Positions 22,006 through 26,955 of a DNA stretch of 26,955 nucleotides are shown in pieces (position 1 is the first letter of the stretch; every line of letters begins with the position of its first letter). The stretch is from Octopus sinensis (Eukaryota): the NCBI RefSeq assembly GCF_006345805.1, contig NW_021834714.1, positions 1 to 26,955 of the forward strand, given 5' to 3'. The translations under genes were made by a program, and so were the position numbers. Below the pieces are notes generated by a model that made no database searches, had not been told where the DNA came from, and saw nothing but the letters and a program-made list of their open reading frames with translations.

Positions 22006-22569
22006 ATCTATCTATCTCTATCTCTTTCAAACTCATTTTCTAATAATTTATTTCGATTCTTGAGTTTTTGAATTTTTTTAAATTCTTTTCTTTTCATTTA
22101 TAAGCTACACTATATTTCTTCGAACTGAGATGTTGGACAAATTATTAGCATCTCTTAGCTTCAGCCTCCAGGGTTAATGCAAATGCAAATAAGTGCTGCC
22201 GTTTCAACAAACTATCAACCGATCATTAAATGTTGAGCAAATTTATTTTTTCTACCGTAGCGTCGGATCAATCCAAGCCTTGAGTAAAATTTGATAGATG
22301 GAAACTGTTCGGAAGCTTGCTGGGAAGAAAATTCTCGAATTCGTTGGGTAGACTAATCTTCTCCAATCTATTGTAACCCACATGTATTTCGCACGTCTCA
22401 GCAAAAGTCTGTCTTCCTCATTAGTTTTACTGGCACGCAGTTTCGTGATGTAGCCGTCGGTATGTCTTCCAGTAACATCAATTAGAATCAGCGCCCTGCA
22501 TCCTTTATCCGCGTATAGATGTTTCCAGAATGTTCCTTCTGATTCTAGCACAAGTTCAGTAACTTTAAA

Positions 22570-22680
22570 GAGGTGGGGAGTTGATTACATCGATGCTAGT
22601 GTTCGACAGATTCTTATGTCATCGATACTGAAAAGACGAAAGGCAAAGACTACCTCGACGGCATTTGAACTCAGAATATA
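22570..22680 (-). mobile_element. SINE family B fragment
   Basis: The minus strand has ttctgagttcaaatgccgtcgaggtag and a degenerate central block. Confidence 0.6.
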
Positions 22681-23113
22681 AACGATTTTTCCACTTTTAA
22701 AAATACAACGTTTGATGCAGCTTGATAGTCATCATGCTAGTAATGGCTAGCATAACTACACTGCATAACAATAATAGAGGTGGCTGGAGTATATCCATAA
22801 ATCTCTTTTGGTCATGTGCACACGCCATGCAATATTTTGAGACCTTAACTGAAGTCTGCTGTATGTGTCAGCAAGACTTCACAGTCCAAGTCTTGGCCGC
22901 ATCGAAAAGAACTCTTAATTCATTGCCTGACTTAAATCCACAAACCCACCGCAAGGAAAAATATATGGTGCTTTTGTTGGGGTAGCTTTCACGAGTTGCT
23001 TTAAAGGAGTTCACTTTTTAGCAAGCAGTTGGGACATATCTTGCAGGTTTTGATGTCTATACGTGTCTAAGCTTGTATATGTATATGTATGTATACATAT
23101 TTATGTACTATCT

Positions 23114-23160
<47 letters not shown>

Positions 23161-23162
<2 letters not shown>

Positions 23163-23382
23163 GGAGTAAACACATAAATGTGAAACAAGGTGGAAAAAAG
23201 AGTACTCAAATACTAGTGCTAGAGTAATGCTTTATTTAAAAGCAGAAAATTCAACAAAACCTGTTACTCTGAGTTTCCCGTTGCCGTTCATCGGACAGTT
23301 TCTAGCAAAAATTGTCTGATGAACGGCAACGGGAAACTCAGAGTAACAGGTTTTGTTGAATTTTCTGCTGCTTTAAATAAAG
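23161..23382. mobile_element. Penelope-like terminal-repeat remnant arranged as an inverted repeat (palindrome 23230-23382)
   Basis: Arms of about 72 bp with few mismatches around a ctagc spacer. Each arm carries a hammerhead-like core. Flanked by (TA)n and (GATA)n. Confidence 0.6.
23307..23354 (+). ncRNA. Minimal type I hammerhead ribozyme motif
   Basis: Helix I 5' strand aaaaattgt; CTGATGA (23316-23322); helix II ACG-GCAA-CGG; GAAA (23333-23336); helix III ACTC-A-GAGT; cleavage triplet GUA (23343-23345); helix I 3' strand acaggtttt. Confidence 0.65.
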
Positions 23383-23485
<103 letters not shown>

Positions 23486-23635
23486 GTCATAAGGTAAAAA
23501 TTATTATAGGATCAAGATTAGCTTTGAATTACTTGGGGTGTAACAAATGTGGTACAGCACAAATTGAGTAGTAGATGAGGTGAATGGAGAGTTTCGCATC
23601 AAATTAGAGAAGACTGTGTTTTTTTAGGATAAAAG

Positions 23636-23669
<34 letters not shown>

Positions 23670-25729
23670 TCTGATGGCGTCATTGCATTGGGACAATTTT
23701 AAAAAGAGATGAGAGATAAATGGAAGAAGGAGGAGGATTGTTTGATAAAAAACAAAGAAAAAAACAAGCAAATGAATCAAATAAATGAATGAGTGAAAGA
23801 ACGATCAGTTTTTAAGATCGTGCTAATTAAATTTATCAGTCAACATCACTATCATTCGAGGGAGAGAATCAAACCATTAGATTGAGTATGGCTATATCAA
23901 GTAACTTGAATGAAAGATGGCTTGTATGTGTGAAAGGGTTAAAGTATGAAAAAGATTAGTAATAAAAATTCTAAGTCAGAAAGAACTAGAATCAAAGTTA
24001 AAGAGATGCTTTAAGGATCATATTATACAGATTAAATCTGTATTATTGGCTTTACTTAATAATATCAAAATCAATAAAAGAATTAAAGGATACAGTTACT
24101 GAAACAGAATAACAAATTGTAATCCGAATTTATAATTTTCAGGTCTTTTACGATTTTTCTTTTACATTATGTCACATTGTGTTAAGCAGAGAAAAACGTT
24201 GTAAACTAAAGCTACAAGTTTTAATTTTTATTTTAATTTTTAAGTTTTTGAATTTTAAAAAATCATTAAAAAAATGTTACCTTGTAATGAGAACTAAGGT
24301 ATGATAAAAGTTTTTGTTTTATTCACGATGAAGACAAGAATAAATATATATATTTAAGGGGACGATAGGATAAAGATGTAACGAACAGCTACAATATTGA
24401 TACAAGTAATTAATTCATTGTAATTAAATTATTTAATGAGAATGACAGAAACCAGTGATACCTAATTTGCATTTGAGCTATATCAGAACTTTAAGGTTTG
24501 TCACCGTAAATGTTAAAAGAGAATATTGTAAATAAGAGGTGAACAGTAGTATAAGCAAGAGTACAAATACTTACAAAAGTTGTATATTATACATTGTAAA
24601 AGAATGTAGGAAGAAGAGAAATAAGAAAGCAGGAGAAAAAGGATTTTAAAACACGTCCTATTAACGGAACTGTAGTTGATGAGAGCGATATAATAGTTAA
24701 CTATTAAGAAAATATAGTTATGAGTAAAACTGGGGAAATCTATAGTTGTGATGAAAATTGGAAGATACGAGAGAAGTAGTGATATGTGGGGTGTAAGATT
24801 AGAATACATACGATTAAAAATAAGAGGCCAATACCCACACATAATAAAACGAAATAATAAATGATGGCTGGTACATTAGAAAGAGTAGACTAGCTTATTC
24901 ATTACCAACCCGGGTAGTTAGTAGGTATTTTTTAAAATTTTTTATGTGTTTTAAAGATTTTGTGCATGCAAGATCAAAGTTATTCGGAATTTTGTTCACA
25001 AAAGAAATCGTGCAAAAGAAATTTTCCGGGCTTTCTGTGGTACAAGGTTTGCATGGTTTTTGGTATTCCAAGAATTTTCAAGGTTTTTAGTTTCTGAGGC
25101 ATGAAGCTAGTGATTTCTGATTATATTTGTTGGATTTCTAAAGATGTGAGTATTGGAGTTACAAATCGTTCAATTTCAAGCGATCGTAGGACTTTGAAGT
25201 TTACTTTACCTACACAGTTTATTGATAGACAATATCCTTAATAAAGCATTTTGAGTGTATGGAGAATGAGTCAGCTTTGAGACATTTACATTGTCCGCTA
25301 AAACAGTATGTTAGGTATTTGTATAGCTGAGAGTTGTTGGAGCTGGAAATCTTTGGACAAGGTAATATTGATAGTATTACGCTGAACAGTTTGCAGCATT
25401 TGTATTTTCTGTAAAGTGCTTCGTAATGACTGTGTCAATATTACTCAAGCTACTGAAGTTGCAACTGTTATACTGCAACTTCAGTAGAAATTTACTAATT
25501 GGGTTATCAGAACTAATGTTTCTACGTATGTTTCGGATTTGTGATCGATTTTAAAACCACGTATTATAAACAGCTTTTTGAGAATTTTTCATTAACAGAT
25601 AGGTGTAAGACCCTAGAAGTTGTTTTTAACTAAGTTCTTAATGACAGACTCTGTTTCTCATATTTTAAAAATAACCTAAACAACAGACATAAATACACAT
25701 ATACATATAAATATATATGGATTATTTAT

Positions 25730-25778
25730 GAATGCGTACATAAAGATATATAATATATATATACATATATATATGTAC

Positions 25779-25826
<48 letters not shown>

Positions 25827-25874
25827 GTGTACATACATATATATATATATATATATTATATATAATATATATAT

Positions 25875-25917
<43 letters not shown>

Positions 25918-26016
25918 TATATATTGATGGATGTGTATATATGTTAATAGGTATATATATGTATATATGCATATGCGTATATAGGTATATATCAGTATAT
26001 ATGTAGATATATATAT
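25730..26016. repeat. (TA)n-dominated tract
   Basis: Direct inspection. Confidence 0.9.
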
Positions 26017-26079
26017 AAACTGTCCGACGAACGGGAACGTGAAACTCAGAGTAACATGTTTTGTTGAATTTCTGCTGCT
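26017..26079 (+). ncRNA. Solo copy of the same hammerhead-like motif
   Basis: aaactgt-CCGACGA-ACG GGAA CGT-GAAA-ctcaga-GTA-acatgttttgttgaatttctgctgc, homologous to the arms at 23230-23382. Confidence 0.55.
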
Positions 26080-26427
26080 ATGAATGTATGTATATATATA
26101 GGGAGAGTTCACGAAACAACAGAAGACGAAAACAGTTGGTGTAGAAAACAAACAGATGTATTAGTATAACGCTCAGGAATTGAAAAAGTCTTTTACGTTT
26201 CGAGCCTACGCTCTTCTACAGAAAGGGAGACAGAAAAAGAAACAGGGAGAGAAACAAGGATAGAAGAGAAATGTGTAGTGGCTACCGATCTATCATATGT
26301 ACATATATGTATATATGTGTATATATATATATACACACATATATATATATTTATATATACATGTAAATATATATATATATATATACACACATACATACAT
26401 ACATACATACATACATACATACATACA

Positions 26428-26459
<32 letters not shown>

Positions 26460-26488
26460 CATTCCCTGTAACTTACCAGTTCGCCAAA

Positions 26489-26632
26489 TGTGACCGATAG
26501 TATAAGTACTAGGCTTAAATAAAATAAATCCTGGAATCGATTTCTTCGACGAAAAACCTCTTTAAGGCAGTGCTCCAGCATGGCGACAGTCACATAACTG
26601 AAACAAATAAATGAGTAAAAGAATAAAAGAAT
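26489..26632 (+). mobile_element. SINE family A, 3' half
   Basis: gaccgatagtataagtactaggctt...aaggcagtgctccagcatggc...A-rich tail matches 3287-3412. Confidence 0.75.
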
Positions 26633-26669
26633 GTGTGTGTGGTGTGTGTGTGTGTGTGTGTGTGTGTGG

Positions 26670-26955
26670 CTTTGACTTAGGTCTTCTCACGCTTTGAGGC
26701 ACAAAAGGCAACAAACATCCTCCTGCGTTGTTAATCTGCTACGTTTCTCTTTCCTCTCCCATCCATCTGCTTCTCGTGCATTTAAGATCCTCCTCAACTG
26801 TATGGCGCCAAGTATTAGTGGGTCAAAGATTTTTGCTGTTCTTTTTCATTTTTAAAATTTCCCTTCTTCCTATTTCACCGTCACTACAGTGTTTGTATGC
26901 CGAGTGGCTGGCAGATGCATTATGTGACCTACCATCGTCATAGCAGCACCATAAT
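26670..26955 (-). mobile_element. RTE-clade LINE 3' fragment (continues past the window end)
   Basis: Minus-strand pieces GHIMHLPATRH, TWRHTVEEDLK and FVAFCASKREKT* (stop at 26677-26679) fit the RTE C-terminal GH..R...TWRRT...DL...ALC pattern. Confidence 0.65.

Noticed and set aside
24300-25680. Possible highly degraded LINE on the minus strand
   Set aside because: Only vague peptide fragments were found, with many stops and no diagnostic motif I can defend.

Overview
AT-rich, microsatellite-saturated animal DNA with no recognisable host gene. The SINE repertoire and repeat density resemble Octopus/coleoid cephalopod genomes; this is my inference, not something the sequence proves. The main feature is a 4.75-kb, 5'-truncated L1/Tx1-clade LINE (7207-11951: ORF1 remnant, then ORF2 with APE endonuclease, reverse transcriptase and CCHC knuckle) inside a (CTAT)n/(GATA)n array. 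Its ORF2 is broken only by single-base frameshifts. Two 3' fragments of R4/Dong-type restriction-like-endonuclease (RLE) retrotransposons sit in other microsatellites: (TAA)n at 14107-14750 and (TACA)n at 18061-19272, the second interrupted by a TSD-flanked tRNA-SINE. A 150-bp palindrome at 23230-23382 and a solo copy at about 26017 carry minimal type I hammerhead ribozyme motifs of the kind found in Penelope-like elements. The rest is three tRNA-derived SINE families, two mariner-type MITEs, two RTE 3' ends, simple repeats and a few weak candidate exons. Most ORFs in the supplied track are repeat artefacts. All domain and family calls come from visual motif recognition; no searches were run.
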